DNA from: Eledone cirrhosa
Taxonomy: Eukaryota
Direction: 5' to 3'
Assembly: GCA_964016885.1 (NCBI GenBank)
Contig: OZ024743.1
Coordinates: 328,166,001-328,230,000, forward strand
DNA length: 64,000 nucleotides
This document shows, piece after piece, positions 63,291-64,000 of the stretch; the stretch's first letter is position 1, and each line of letters begins with the position of its first letter. The position numbers were made by a program, and so were the translations under genes. The notes under the pieces were generated by a model. The model did not search any database. It saw nothing but the letters and a program-made list of their open reading frames with translations, and had not been told where the DNA came from.

Positions 63291-64000
63291 ACACATATAT
63301 ATGAATGATTTATGAATATATAATAATTGTTTCTACTTTTGGCACAAGGCCAGCAATTACCCAGTGCATTACTGGTACTTTATTTTATCGACCCCGTAAG
63401 GATGAAGGGCAAAGTAAGCAAAGGATTTGAACTCAGAACGTAAAGGGATATTAATAAAGGTGTATATGAAAGAATATACAATATTTTTATGTATAATAAA
63501 CATATATGTCTCACTATGGGTTTTTTAACCATTTAGTAACCAACCCAGCCAAAACTGGCTCTGGTTCTATGAAATATAACCAACCACCCATTTTAATGGT
63601 TTTCAATTTGAATTAAAATTTTCTAACAATTTTATATAAGAACCTTATATTAAGTTACTATCTTAGTAATGAAATAATTAATAATTTGAGTAAATCCCTC
63701 AAAATTCTTCATCAACTAATTAAAATAGAGTGTATTTCATTAGAAATGCAGTCATGAAAGGGTTAAGCTGTGACTATGTCATAGCTATCTAAGTAGCCAT
63801 GTAAGAATGTCAGACTCTAATGTTATGGGATTATTTTCCATCTTCAGTGATGTCTACTTACTCACTATTACAGTAAGAATAAGCTACAGTTTATATAGAA
63901 TGTTCATATGAAGCATGGCTTGTTAGCGCTAGTGCTAATAAACCATATATACTTGTATATAAGCCGAGAAATATGTGACAAAAAAAAAAATAATGCTAAC

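Noticed and set aside
63847-63872. Possible next PHKG exon (ttcag|...|gtaaga)
   Set aside because: Would encode SDVYLLTIT rather than the expected G(V/I)SS glycine-loop motif and would change phase

Overview
This is AT-rich, repeat-dominated eukaryotic DNA. Its tRNA-derived CORE- and Meta-like SINEs, RTE LINEs with (TGA)n tails and abundant (TA)n/(CA)n/(CAT)n microsatellites point to an octopod cephalopod genome (inference). The only securely recognisable host coding sequence is the first coding exon of phosphorylase kinase gamma (PHKG, 55449-55534, +). A repeat-poor, CCAAT/CRE-rich region at ~19.4-21.6 kb may be a divergent promoter for PHKG and an unidentified minus-strand gene. The rest is mostly intronic mobile DNA: RTE and Tx1/L1 LINE copies, SINEs, Naiad-type Penelope-like elements (PLEs; RT + GIY-YIG), Helitron ends, mariner/piggyBac MITEs, solo-LTR candidates and minisatellites. 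The most notable signal not explained by the ORF track is a dense set of type I hammerhead ribozyme motifs. About nine have a complete, hand-foldable core and several more are degenerate; they come from several unrelated sequence families. Some sit in PLE pseudo-LTRs, often as fold-back pairs, and others lie in small ORF-less retrozyme-like islands. All folds were read by eye; no database search or folding program was run.
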